Source: Oscillospiraceae bacterium
GTDB taxonomy: Bacteria; Bacillota; Clostridia; Oscillospirales; Ruminococcaceae
Direction of reading: 5' to 3'
Assembly: GCA_902772105.1 (NCBI GenBank)
Contig: CACXZI010000002.1
Coordinates: 2,588-66,587, forward strand
Length of the DNA stretch: 64,000 nt
Shown: piece after piece, positions 26,838-36,477 of the stretch
How the letters are laid out: the number at the start of each line of letters is the position of its first letter
How positions within the stretch are numbered: position 1 is the stretch's first letter
Notes under the pieces: generated by a model
The model's database searches: none
Told to the model about the DNA's origin: nothing
Seen by the model: the letters and a program-made list of their open reading frames with translations, nothing else
Position numbers and translations under genes: made by a program

Positions 26838-29228
26838 ATGAAAGAACAAGACAACAATAAAATTTATCCTTTAGTTCCTCTTAGAGGGGTTGTTGTTTTT
26901 CCAAAAGGAATTGTTAGCATTGATGTCGCTAGAGAAAAATCGGTTGCAGCAATAGAAGCTGCAATAAAAAAAGATAAACATATATTTTTAGTTGCACAAA
27001 ATATAATAAGCGTTTCTTCTCCAGAAAGAACTGATTTATATAATGTTGGAACTGTTTGTGAAATAAAACAATTTCATAAATCTTCTTCTAACGAATATAA
27101 ACTTTTGGTTAATGGAAAATATAAGGCAAAAATTTTAGATTTTATGCCACAAGAAGATATGATATGTGCTAAAATAGAACGTGTTGTTGAAAAATTAAAC
27201 ATTAAAGAAGATGAAAAATATCAAGCAGTTTTAAGGTCAATTAAGAAAAAATTTTCATCGTATTGTTCTGTTGTGAATATTGCTAGCAAAGATATTAAAA
27301 ATGTTATAAAAAGTGAAAACGATTTATTTAAACTTTTTACGCTTTTAGTTGGGATAATGCCTTTTAAATTTTCTATAAAGCAAGATATGTTAGAAGAAAA
27401 CAAAATTGAAAAAAAAGCACAAATGCTTTTAAAAGCTTTAACCGATGAAGTTTTAATCGCTCAAATAGAAAAAAAGATGATTAAAAAAATGGAAGAAAGA
27501 ATCGATGAAAATCAAAAAAGATATTTTTTAAGAGAACAGGTTAAAGCAATTCAAGAGGAACTGGGAGAAGGCGAAAATAGTTTAAACAGTGAAAGCATAT
27601 TCTACATGAACGAAATATCTAAAATTAAAGATATGCCTATTTCAACAAAAGAAGAGCTTTTTGAAAAAGCAAGACAGTTAGATAAAATTCCAGATCTTTC
27701 ACATGAAGCATATGTTATAACAAACTATTTAGACACTGTTTTGAAACTACCATGGGATCAAAAAACTAAAGAAATTATTAAAATTAATAAAGCAAGCAAA
27801 ATTTTAGATGCAAATCATTTTGGTTTAAAAAAGGTTAAAGAAAGAATACTTGAAAATTTAGCCGTTAGAAATTTTAAACCAGATATAAAAGGGCAGATTA
27901 TTTGTTTGGTGGGGCCTCCTGGTGTTGGTAAAACTTCAATTGCAAAATCTATAGCACAAGCAATAGGACGAAAATTCACAAAAATTTCTCTTGGTGGAAT
28001 TTCGGATGAATCGGATGTTAGGGGGCACAAAAGAACATATGTTGGAGCAATGCCAGGAAGAATAATAAATGCTATAATTAAATGTAAATCTAAAAATCCT
28101 TTGGTTTTGTTGGATGAAATAGACAAAATAGGAACAAGCTACAAAGGAGACCCTAGCGCTGCTATGCTTGAAGTTTTAGATTCAGAGCAAAATTACGAAT
28201 TTGTTGACCACTTTATTGAAGTTCCATTTGATTTATCCGAATGTTTTTTTATCGCAACAGCAAACACAACTTCAACAATTCCAGAACCATTGCTAAATAG
28301 AATGGAAATAATAGAACTTGTTAGCTACACACCAGAAGAAAAATTCCATATAGCAAAAGAACATCTTTGGCCAAAACAAAAAGAAAGAAATGGATTAGAA
28401 AAACAAAATATTAAAATAACAGATAAAGCAATTTATGAAATAATTGAAGGATATACAAAAGAAGCAGGGGTTAGAAAATTAGAAAGAATGCTTGCTAGTT
28501 TGCTTAGAAAATCTGCAAAAAAAATGTTAGATGATAAAGATCAAAGCATTAAATTCACAGATAAAAATATTAAAGATTATTTAGGTTCTAGAAAATATAC
28601 TAACGAATTAATTTCTAAAACAGATGAAGTCGGCTTAGTTAATGGTTTAGCGTGGACAAGTGTTGGCGGAGAATTGATGCAAATTGAAGCTGGAATAATG
28701 GAAGGAAAAGGTAATATTCAGCTAACTGGAAATTTAGGAGACATAATGAAAGAATCTGCAAAAACAGCAATTAGTTTTGTGCGATCTATTGCAGATGAAT
28801 TCAATATTCCAAAAGATTTCTACAAAGAAAAAGATATACATATTCATGTTCCAGAAGGAGCAATTCCAAAAGATGGCCCTTCCGCTGGAGTTGCTTTGGC
28901 AACTGTTTTAGTTTCTGCATTAACAAAAACGCCAATTAGAAAAGATGTTGCCATGACTGGGGAAATTAGTTTAAGAGGAAGAGATCTTCCAATAGGCGGA
29001 TTAAAAGAAAAAGCAATGGCAGCATATAAATCTGGAATAACAACCGTTTTAATTCCACAAGATAATGTTAAAGATCTTGAAGAAGTTGATGATGTTGTTA
29101 AAGATTCTATTGAGTTTATTCCATGCAAAACTGCTAATCAGGTTTTAAAATATGCTTTAATAACGGGGGAAAAAATAAACAAAGAAAAAACTTTGAAAAA
29201 TATTAAAAAAAGTGCACGGTTAATGTGA
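26838..29228 (+). CDS. lon: ATP-dependent Lon protease (LonA type)
   Basis: 796 aa. N-terminal LON domain (PLVPLRGVVVFP), AAA+ Walker A GPPGVGKTS, and protease domain PKDGPSAGVA with a downstream MTGEISLRG...K. Confidence 0.95.
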   Translation: MKEQDNNKIYPLVPLRGVVVFPKGIVSIDVAREKSVAAIEAAIKKDKHIFLVAQNIISVSSPERTDLYNVGTVCEIKQFHKSSSNEYKLLVNGKYKAKILDFMPQEDMICAKIERVVEKLNIKEDEKYQAVLRSIKKKFSSYCSVVNIASKDIKNVIKSENDLFKLFTLLVGIMPFKFSIKQDMLEENKIEKKAQMLLKALTDEVLIAQIEKKMIKKMEERIDENQKRYFLREQVKAIQEELGEGENSLNSESIFYMNEISKIKDMPISTKEELFEKARQLDKIPDLSHEAYVITNYLDTVLKLPWDQKTKEIIKINKASKILDANHFGLKKVKERILENLAVRNFKPDIKGQIICLVGPPGVGKTSIAKSIAQAIGRKFTKISLGGISDESDVRGHKRTYVGAMPGRIINAIIKCKSKNPLVLLDEIDKIGTSYKGDPSAAMLEVLDSEQNYEFVDHFIEVPFDLSECFFIATANTTSTIPEPLLNRMEIIELVSYTPEEKFHIAKEHLWPKQKERNGLEKQNIKITDKAIYEIIEGYTKEAGVRKLERMLASLLRKSAKKMLDDKDQSIKFTDKNIKDYLGSRKYTNELISKTDEVGLVNGLAWTSVGGELMQIEAGIMEGKGNIQLTGNLGDIMKESAKTAISFVRSIADEFNIPKDFYKEKDIHIHVPEGAIPKDGPSAGVALATVLVSALTKTPIRKDVAMTGEISLRGRDLPIGGLKEKAMAAYKSGITTVLIPQDNVKDLEEVDDVVKDSIEFIPCKTANQVLKYALITGEKINKEKTLKNIKKSARLM

Positions 29229-29824
29229 TTATGAACTATTCTAAAGCGGGTTTATTTAAATCTTGCTATTTAAAAAACCAATTGTTTAAAACAAATAAAA
29301 AAGAGGTTGTTTTTGTTGGTAGATCTAACGTTGGAAAGTCTTCTTTAATTAATAAGATGTTAAATAGAAAAAAATTGGCAAGGGTTAGTAATGTTCCTGG
29401 AAAAACAATTTCTATTAATTTTTACAATGTTGATGATATATTTTTTGTTGATTTTCCTGGGTATGGATTTGCTAAAATTTCAAAAAATAAAAAAAAATCT
29501 TGGGATTCTTTAGCAGACACATATTTCACAACAAAAAGAAAAATATTTTTAGCTGTTTTGGTTTTAGATGTTCGGCGTGGAATGCAGGAATTAGATTTTG
29601 AAATGATTAAATATTTAATTTCTAAAAAAATATATTTTGTTGTTGTTTTAAACAAGGTGGACAAACTAAAAAAGAACGAAGTTAAAGAAATTTTTGAAGA
29701 AACCGAAAAAGATCTTTCTTTTTTGAAAAATATTGAAATTATTTTATTTTCTTCAAAAACAGGAAAAGGAGTTGAAGAATTAAAAAATAAAATTGAAAAC
29801 TATAGAGAAATTTTTGAAGTTTAA
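29225..29824 (+). CDS. engB: Ribosome biogenesis GTPase EngB/YsxC
   Basis: GRSNVGKSSLIN (G1), DFPGYG (G3), NKVDK (G4). The lon-ysxC order matches B. subtilis. The start may be the GTG at 29225 or the ATG at 29231. Confidence 0.85.
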   Translation: MIMNYSKAGLFKSCYLKNQLFKTNKKEVVFVGRSNVGKSSLINKMLNRKKLARVSNVPGKTISINFYNVDDIFFVDFPGYGFAKISKNKKKSWDSLADTYFTTKRKIFLAVLVLDVRRGMQELDFEMIKYLISKKIYFVVVLNKVDKLKKNEVKEIFEETEKDLSFLKNIEIILFSSKTGKGVEELKNKIENYREIFEV

Positions 29825-29847
29825 ATTATGGAAGGTTGTTGAAAAAA

Positions 29848-31146
29848 ATGTTTGTTAGTAGAAATTTGGGTGTTAATGAAAAAGGAAATTTAACAATTGG
29901 AGGAGTAGACACTGTTGAATTAGCAAAAAAATATGGCACTCCTTTATATGTTATGGATATAGATTTAGTTAGAGAAAATTGTAGAAAATATAAAGAAGCG
30001 TTAAAAAAATATTGTAAAACAGATTTTTTGGTTTGTTTTGCAAGCAAGTCTTTTTGTTGTAAAGAAATCTATAAAATAATTAACGAAGAAGGGCTAGGGG
30101 TAGACACAGTTTCTATTGGAGAGATGTATACTGCAAATAAAGCAGGTTTTCCAACCGAAAAAATGTGTCTTCATGGAAACAATAAAACAAGAGAAGAATT
30201 GGAATATGCCGTTAAAAACAAAATTGGTAGAATTGTTGTTGATAATTTAACAGAACTTAAAAATTTAAATAATATTGCAAAAGAAAATAATGCTAAGATG
30301 GATATATTACTAAGAATAAAACCTGGAGTTGATGCGCACGTTCATGAATATGTTACAACAGGAACAATTGATTCTAAATTTGGGTTTGCACTAGAAACCG
30401 ATGAAGCTATTGATGCTGTTAAAGAAGCTATTAGTTCTTCTAATTTAAATTTAGTCGGGCTTCATTGTCATATTGGTTCTCAAATTTTTGAAATAAAACC
30501 ATTTTTACTTGCTGCAGAAAAAATGTTGAATTTTATTAAAAATATTAAAGAAACAACAAATTATGAAATTTTGGAATTAAATTTAGGGGGAGGTTTTGGA
30601 ATACCATATGTTAAAGAAGATGTTGCTTTAAATGTTGAAAATTGCATAAAAGAAATAGCTTCAACAATTGAAGAAAAATCTAAAAAGTTTGGTTTAAAAA
30701 TTCCAAATTTAATAATAGAACCAGGAAGATCTATTGTTGCTCAAGCAGGAATCACACTATATACAGTAGGTGGTAGAAAAGAAATTTCTAATGGAAAAAT
30801 ATATATTTCGGTTGATGGAGGAATGACAGATAACCCAAGATATATTCTATATAAATCTGTTTATGATGCTGTTGTTGCTAATAAAGCTTCTGAAAAAAAA
30901 GAGGAAAAGGTTTCAATTGCAGGAAAATGTTGTGAAAGTGGAGATTTAATAGGAGAAAATGTTTTATTGCAGCGCGCTAAAGAAGGAGATGTTTTGGCAG
31001 TTTTAGTAACAGGGGCATATAACTATTCAATGCTTTCTAACTATAATAGAAATTTAAATCCTGCTGTTGTTTTTGTTGAAAACAAAGAATGCAAAATTGC
31101 TGTTAAAAGGCAAACTCTAGACGATTTGTTAAGAAACGATATTTAA
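29848..31146 (+). CDS. lysA: Diaminopimelate decarboxylase
   Basis: GTPLYVMD, the FASKSF PLP-lysine segment, HCHIGSQ, GGGFGIPY and CESGD motifs. The ATG at 29848 is preferred because the listed TTG at 29836 abuts the GAAGG RBS. Confidence 0.9.
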   Translation: MFVSRNLGVNEKGNLTIGGVDTVELAKKYGTPLYVMDIDLVRENCRKYKEALKKYCKTDFLVCFASKSFCCKEIYKIINEEGLGVDTVSIGEMYTANKAGFPTEKMCLHGNNKTREELEYAVKNKIGRIVVDNLTELKNLNNIAKENNAKMDILLRIKPGVDAHVHEYVTTGTIDSKFGFALETDEAIDAVKEAISSSNLNLVGLHCHIGSQIFEIKPFLLAAEKMLNFIKNIKETTNYEILELNLGGGFGIPYVKEDVALNVENCIKEIASTIEEKSKKFGLKIPNLIIEPGRSIVAQAGITLYTVGGRKEISNGKIYISVDGGMTDNPRYILYKSVYDAVVANKASEKKEEKVSIAGKCCESGDLIGENVLLQRAKEGDVLAVLVTGAYNYSMLSNYNRNLNPAVVFVENKECKIAVKRQTLDDLLRNDI

Positions 31147-31167
31147 TTTTTGTTGAGGAAAGTTGCT

Positions 31168-32577
31168 ATGAAAAAATTTTTTACGCATGAATATATAGAC
31201 ACTCAAATTGTTTTTATTGAAAAATGTAAGGAACTTTTAAAAGAAAAATATAAAAAAATTCCTAAATTCTATCTGCATTCATATGGTTGCCAGGGCAATG
31301 TTTCTGAAGGAGAAAAAATCGAAGGAATTTTAAATCAAATTGGTTTTATGAAAACTGAAAATGTTGAATCTGCTGATATTGTTATTTTAAACACCTGTGC
31401 AATTCGTGAAAAAGCTCAAGAAAAAGTTTTTTCTAATATTGGAAATATATTAAATTTGAAAATGAAAAATAAAGAAAAAATAATTGGAATTTGTGGATGT
31501 ATGGTTCAGCAGGAGCATGTTAAAAATAGGATAGAAACAAATTTCAAAGAAATAAATTTGGTTTTTGGACCGCATGTTATTCATAAACTTCCCGAAATGC
31601 TTTATAATGTTTTGTTAAAAATTAAAAAACAATATATTGACATAAATGAAAAAGAAAACATTGAAGAAAATATTCCAATTCTAAGAGGAAGCAAAATTAA
31701 AGCTTTGGTTCCTATTAGTTATGGTTGTAATAATTTTTGTAGTTATTGCATAGTTCCATATGTTAAAGGTAGAGAAAGAAGTAGAGATTTTAATGTTATT
31801 TTAGATGAAGTAAAGAATCTTGTCGAAAGTGGTTACAAAGAAATAATGCTGTTAGGGCAAAATGTTAATTCATATGGAATAGATTTAGATTTAAAAGACG
31901 GTTTTGCTAATCTTTTATATGAAATAAATAAAATAAAAGGTGATTTTTGGGTTCGATTTATGACCTCCCACCCAAAAGATTTTTCAAAAAAATTGGTAGA
32001 TGTTATATCAACATGCGACAAAGTTTGCAAACATTTTCACTTGCCTATACAAAGTGGATGTGATAGAATATTAAAAGAGATGAACAGGAAATATGATAAA
32101 AAAAGATATTTAGAAATTATTGAATACACCAAAGAAAAAATAAAAGATGCAACTTTCACAACAGATATAATAGTTGGTTTTCCAGGGGAAACATATGAAG
32201 AGTTTAAAGAAACATTAGATATTGTTAAAAGAGTTGAATATATTTCTATTTTTAATTTTATTTTTTCTAAGAGAGTTGGAACTAAAGCAGAAAAAATGCA
32301 GGATTTAGTTCCAAAAGAAGAAAAAACGAGATGGATAAATGAATTAATAGATATGCAAAATGAAATTAGTTTAAAACTCAATAAAAAATATGTTGGAAAG
32401 GAAGAAATTGTTCTTTTTGAAGGATTAAAAAACACAGGAGAAGATTTTATGGTTGGAAGAACAGATAAAAATATTTTGGTGTGTTGTGAAAAAAAAGAAG
32501 ATAGAATAGGAAAGTTTTGTAGAGTTAAAATAAAAAAAGCTAATCGAACGATGTTGGAAGGAGAGTTGGTGGATTAA
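31168..32577 (+). CDS. miaB: tRNA-2-methylthio-N6-dimethylallyladenosine synthase
   Basis: UPF0004 domain (YGCQGN), radical-SAM CNNFCSYCIVP, and a TRAM domain at the C-terminus. GAGGAAAG RBS before the ATG at 31168. Confidence 0.9.
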   Translation: MKKFFTHEYIDTQIVFIEKCKELLKEKYKKIPKFYLHSYGCQGNVSEGEKIEGILNQIGFMKTENVESADIVILNTCAIREKAQEKVFSNIGNILNLKMKNKEKIIGICGCMVQQEHVKNRIETNFKEINLVFGPHVIHKLPEMLYNVLLKIKKQYIDINEKENIEENIPILRGSKIKALVPISYGCNNFCSYCIVPYVKGRERSRDFNVILDEVKNLVESGYKEIMLLGQNVNSYGIDLDLKDGFANLLYEINKIKGDFWVRFMTSHPKDFSKKLVDVISTCDKVCKHFHLPIQSGCDRILKEMNRKYDKKRYLEIIEYTKEKIKDATFTTDIIVGFPGETYEEFKETLDIVKRVEYISIFNFIFSKRVGTKAEKMQDLVPKEEKTRWINELIDMQNEISLKLNKKYVGKEEIVLFEGLKNTGEDFMVGRTDKNILVCCEKKEDRIGKFCRVKIKKANRTMLEGELVD

Positions 32578-32823
32578 TTATAAGCATTATTTTAGGATGA
32601 GAACATAAAAAAATCTTATAATTTTTATATTAGCATATTTTTTTTAAATTTAAATTTGATTTAATTAAAAAAATAAAGAATTCAGTTTAACTTTTCAATG
32701 TTTTGTTAACAAAATGGAAAGATATATAGATTAAAAAAAAAATAATTTTCAACTTATATTTAGTAATGTAGGTTTTAAATATAGATATTAAAAAATTAGT
32801 TAAAATTTTAGGAGTGATTTAAA

Positions 32824-33234
32824 ATGGCAAAAATTTTAGAATTAGCCATCGAATTTGCAAAAGAAATACAAAAAACCGATGAATATAAAGAGTTGCAAAA
32901 AGCGAAAAAGAAAAACGATGAAGACAAAGAATTAAACAAAGAAATTGAAAATTTTAATGGTTTAACAACAAAGGTTAAGGAGTTAATAGCAAAAAAAGAT
33001 TCAAAAAAAGAAGAAATAGATAGAACAAATGAAGAAATTAAAAATGCTTACGACAAGGTTATGTCTAATGAAAATATGATTAACTTTAATGTTAAAAGTA
33101 ACAACATGAATATTTTAATGAACAAAATAAATTCTATTTTAATTGATGCTGTTAATGGAAAAGAAGTTAGTTTGTGTTCATTAAATGAATCTTCTGAATG
33201 TGGTAGTTGTAAAAAATGTCTTGGGAAGAAATAA
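32824..33234 (+). CDS. YlbF/YmcA-family regulatory protein with C-terminal Cys cluster
   Basis: The N-terminus ILELAIEFAKEIQKTDEYKELQKAKKK is typical of the Com_YlbF family. The C-terminus is CSLNESSECGSCKKC. Confidence 0.6.
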   Translation: MAKILELAIEFAKEIQKTDEYKELQKAKKKNDEDKELNKEIENFNGLTTKVKELIAKKDSKKEEIDRTNEEIKNAYDKVMSNENMINFNVKSNNMNILMNKINSILIDAVNGKEVSLCSLNESSECGSCKKCLGKK

Positions 33235-35687
33235 AAGATTCAAAAAATCTATCTCCTATGATGAAACAATATGTTAAGATAAAGAAAAAATATAAAAAAC
33301 ATTTGTTATTTTTTAGATTAGGAGATTTTTACGAACTTTTTTTTGATGATGCTGTTGTTGCTTCTAAAGAATTAGAAATTGCGTTAACCGGAAGAGAATG
33401 TGGTTTATCTGAAAGAGCTCCTATGTGTGGTGTTCCACAAAAAAGTTCTGGTGTATATATTAAAAAGTTGATAGATAAAGGATTTAAAGTTGCTATTTGT
33501 GAACAAGTTGAACAACTCTCTTCTTCTTCAAAAATAATGAAAAGAGATGTTGTTAGAATAATAACTCCAGGAACTGTTGTTGAATCAGATATGTTAAGCA
33601 GCGGATTTAATAACTATATATGTTCTATCTATTTAAAAGAAAATTGTTTTGGGATTTGTTTTGCAGATATTTCGACAGGAACAGTTCAAATAGCACACAT
33701 AACTTCAACAAATGTTGCACTTGATGTTATAAATGAATTGGAGAGATTTTCACCAGTTGAAATTTTATATAATGAAAAAGTTGTTAATTTAAAAGAAGTT
33801 ATATCGTATGTTAATAAACATCTAAAATGTTTAGGTGAATTGGTAGATATGGACCAAAAAGAAAATTCCACATATAAAGCAATTATTGATGAACAATTTA
33901 AAAAAATTCCGGTTGAAGTGAAAGAATCAGAGCTTTGCATAAAAGCTTTAGGAGAACTTATTTTATATTTAAAAGAAACTCAAAAAGATGGAGTTAAAAG
34001 GCTCATTGATTTAATTTATTACGAAGGCAGAGAATATATGAAATTTGATGCTTTTTCTAGAAGAAATTTAGAGCTCACAAAAACTTTGGCAACAGGGCAA
34101 AAGCAAAGAAGTTTATTTTGGGTTTTGAATAAAACTAAAACTTCTATGGGAGAAAGGCTTTTAAGAAAAATAATAGAACAGCCTTTAATTGATTGCGATT
34201 TAATTATTAAAAGGCACCAAGCAGTTGAAAGTTTAATTAAAAATTCAGTTTTAAGGGATGGAATTTTAAATATATTAGCAAAAATTTATGATTTAGAACG
34301 GCTTATGACAAAAGTTATATATAAAACAATAAACCCAAGAGAATTAAAATCTTTGTCATACACATTTTCTAAACTGCCACTTATTAAAGATTATTTAAAA
34401 CTTTTTACTGATAGCACTTTAATAAAAGAATTAAATGAAAAAATTTCTGATATGAAAAATGTTAGTGAAGTTTTAGAAAGCGCTATTGTGGAAGAACCAC
34501 CATCAAATTTTAAAGAAGGCGGAATAATCAAAGAAGGATTTCATGAAGAGCTAGATAAATTAAAAGAAATTAAAATAAATGGAAAAGAAAATCTTTTAAA
34601 AATTGAAGAACAAGAAAGAAAAAAAACAAAAATTAGTAAATTAAAAATAAGCTATAATAAGGTTTTTGGTTATTTTATTGAAATCACAAAATCAAATTTA
34701 GAAAAAGTTCCAGAAAACTATATTAGAAAACAAACTTTAAGTGGATGCGAAAGATTTATAACAAAAGAATTAAAAGAATATGAAGAAAAAATTTTAACAG
34801 CAAGTGAAAAAATAATTGAAATAGAACAAAAAATTTTCGAGGAATTAAAAAATTTTGTAGCACAAAAATTGATAGAAATACAGCAAACTGCAAAAGCTAT
34901 TTCTATGTTGGATGTTTTATGTTCTTTTTCGATTGTTTCACAAAAAAATAGATATGTTAAACCTGAAATGAATAATGGACAGAAATTAATAATCAAAAAT
35001 GGAAGGCACCCTGTTGTTGAAGCTTTGTTAGAAGACCCTTTCATAACTAACGATACTATTTTAGATGATGATAAAAATAATATGATGATTATAACTGGCC
35101 CTAATATGGCAGGTAAATCAACATATATGCGACAGGTTGCAGTTATTGTTTTAATGGCACAAATTGGTTGTTTTGTTCCTGCTGATTATGCTGAAATTGG
35201 AGTTATAGATAGAATATTCACAAGGGTTGGAGCATGTGATGATCTTTCTATGGGTAAATCAACATTTATGATGGAAATAATTGAAGTTGTTGAAATTTTA
35301 AAAAACGCAACTAATAGAAGTTTAATAATTTTGGATGAAGTAGGAAGAGGAACTTCAACCTTTGATGGAATAAGCATAGCAAAGTCCATTGCTGAATATA
35401 TTATAACAAACAAAAAAATAAAGAGCAAAACTCTTTTTGCAACGCACTATTTTGAATTAACATCCTTAGAAGAAGAAATTAAAGGGGTTGTTAACTATAA
35501 TGTTGCTGTTAAAAAAAATGGAGATAACATAGTTTTTCTAAGAAAAATTGTAAAAGGTAGAGCAAGTAATAGCTATGGAATTGCTGTTGCTAAATTAGCC
35601 GGTGTTCCAAATAGCATAATTAAAAGAGCAAATTTCATTTTAGATGAATTAAAAAATAAAAAAGACAAATACTCAATATATAAATAA
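33216..35687 (+). CDS. mutS: DNA mismatch repair protein MutS
   Basis: 823 aa with SPMMKQY, FFRLGDFYELFF, Walker A GPNMAGKST, DEVGRGTSTFDG and THYFELT. Confidence 0.95.
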   Translation: MSWEEIKDSKNLSPMMKQYVKIKKKYKKHLLFFRLGDFYELFFDDAVVASKELEIALTGRECGLSERAPMCGVPQKSSGVYIKKLIDKGFKVAICEQVEQLSSSSKIMKRDVVRIITPGTVVESDMLSSGFNNYICSIYLKENCFGICFADISTGTVQIAHITSTNVALDVINELERFSPVEILYNEKVVNLKEVISYVNKHLKCLGELVDMDQKENSTYKAIIDEQFKKIPVEVKESELCIKALGELILYLKETQKDGVKRLIDLIYYEGREYMKFDAFSRRNLELTKTLATGQKQRSLFWVLNKTKTSMGERLLRKIIEQPLIDCDLIIKRHQAVESLIKNSVLRDGILNILAKIYDLERLMTKVIYKTINPRELKSLSYTFSKLPLIKDYLKLFTDSTLIKELNEKISDMKNVSEVLESAIVEEPPSNFKEGGIIKEGFHEELDKLKEIKINGKENLLKIEEQERKKTKISKLKISYNKVFGYFIEITKSNLEKVPENYIRKQTLSGCERFITKELKEYEEKILTASEKIIEIEQKIFEELKNFVAQKLIEIQQTAKAISMLDVLCSFSIVSQKNRYVKPEMNNGQKLIIKNGRHPVVEALLEDPFITNDTILDDDKNNMMIITGPNMAGKSTYMRQVAVIVLMAQIGCFVPADYAEIGVIDRIFTRVGACDDLSMGKSTFMMEIIEVVEILKNATNRSLIILDEVGRGTSTFDGISIAKSIAEYIITNKKIKSKTLFATHYFELTSLEEEIKGVVNYNVAVKKNGDNIVFLRKIVKGRASNSYGIAVAKLAGVPNSIIKRANFILDELKNKKDKYSIYK

Positions 35688-35705
35688 AATTTTAAAGGAG
35701 TTAAA

Positions 35706-36449
35706 ATGATTAAATTAATTGCTGCTGTAACAATGCTAATAGATCATATTGGAGCTATATTGCTAGAATGGAATCCACATTGGCGAGTGCAATGTGAATT
35801 ATGTAGAATGGTTGGAAGGATTTCATTGCCTCTTTTTGCTTTTTGCATAGCAAGAGGGTTTTATTTTTCAGAAAAGCATGGCACAACATTTAAATATATA
35901 AAAAATCTTACGATTATTAGCCTTATGACACAAACAATATTTACTTTTATGTCATATTTTTTATATGGCAAATTTGAATGGAGTAGAGCTAATTTAAATA
36001 TATGTTTTGCATGGCTCATTTCGGTTATTATATTGAAATTAATTGCTTCAATTAAAGATATAAAAGAACAAAAAAGTATTATATCAATAGTTGCTATTGT
36101 TGCACTTTGCATTGTTGCAAGTGTAGCTCCTATTGAATATAATCTTTATGCAGTTGTTTATCCAATTATTTTTTATTATACTTTAATTAAAACAGAAAAT
36201 CCCTTGTTTTGTTTTTTGCTTAATGTTATGAATTATTTTTTATATACCATAATAGAAAAGATCCCGATTTTTGCAAACACAACTAACCAGATTGTTGCTA
36301 TTTTTGCTTTATTTATAGTTATTTTAATAAAACCAAAAACAGATAAATTAATTAAAATGCCTAAAAAGTTTTTTTATTGGTTTTATCCAGCACAGTTTTA
36401 TGTTCTTTGTTTTATTAAGTGGTATTTCTTTTTAAGAACAAAGGTGTAA
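35706..36449 (+). CDS. TraX-family membrane protein
   Basis: N-terminus MIKLIAAVTMLIDHIGAIL followed by multiple TM helices, typical of the TraX family. AAAGGAG RBS. Confidence 0.6.
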   Translation: MIKLIAAVTMLIDHIGAILLEWNPHWRVQCELCRMVGRISLPLFAFCIARGFYFSEKHGTTFKYIKNLTIISLMTQTIFTFMSYFLYGKFEWSRANLNICFAWLISVIILKLIASIKDIKEQKSIISIVAIVALCIVASVAPIEYNLYAVVYPIIFYYTLIKTENPLFCFLLNVMNYFLYTIIEKIPIFANTTNQIVAIFALFIVILIKPKTDKLIKMPKKFFYWFYPAQFYVLCFIKWYFFLRTKV

Positions 36450-36477
36450 AACAAACCTAAAAAAGGAATGATTAAAA

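Noticed and set aside
32701-32714. 14-bp perfect palindrome ttttgttaacaaaa upstream of the ylbF-like/mutS operon
   Set aside because: It is almost pure A/T, so chance occurrence in this composition is plausible. There is no second copy or adjacent promoter element to support an operator role.
35706-36449. TraX gene as evidence for an integrated conjugative element
   Set aside because: No relaxase, coupling protein, T4SS, integrase or repeats flank it. It is embedded in the mutS-mutL operon, and chromosomal TraX-family genes occur without conjugation systems.
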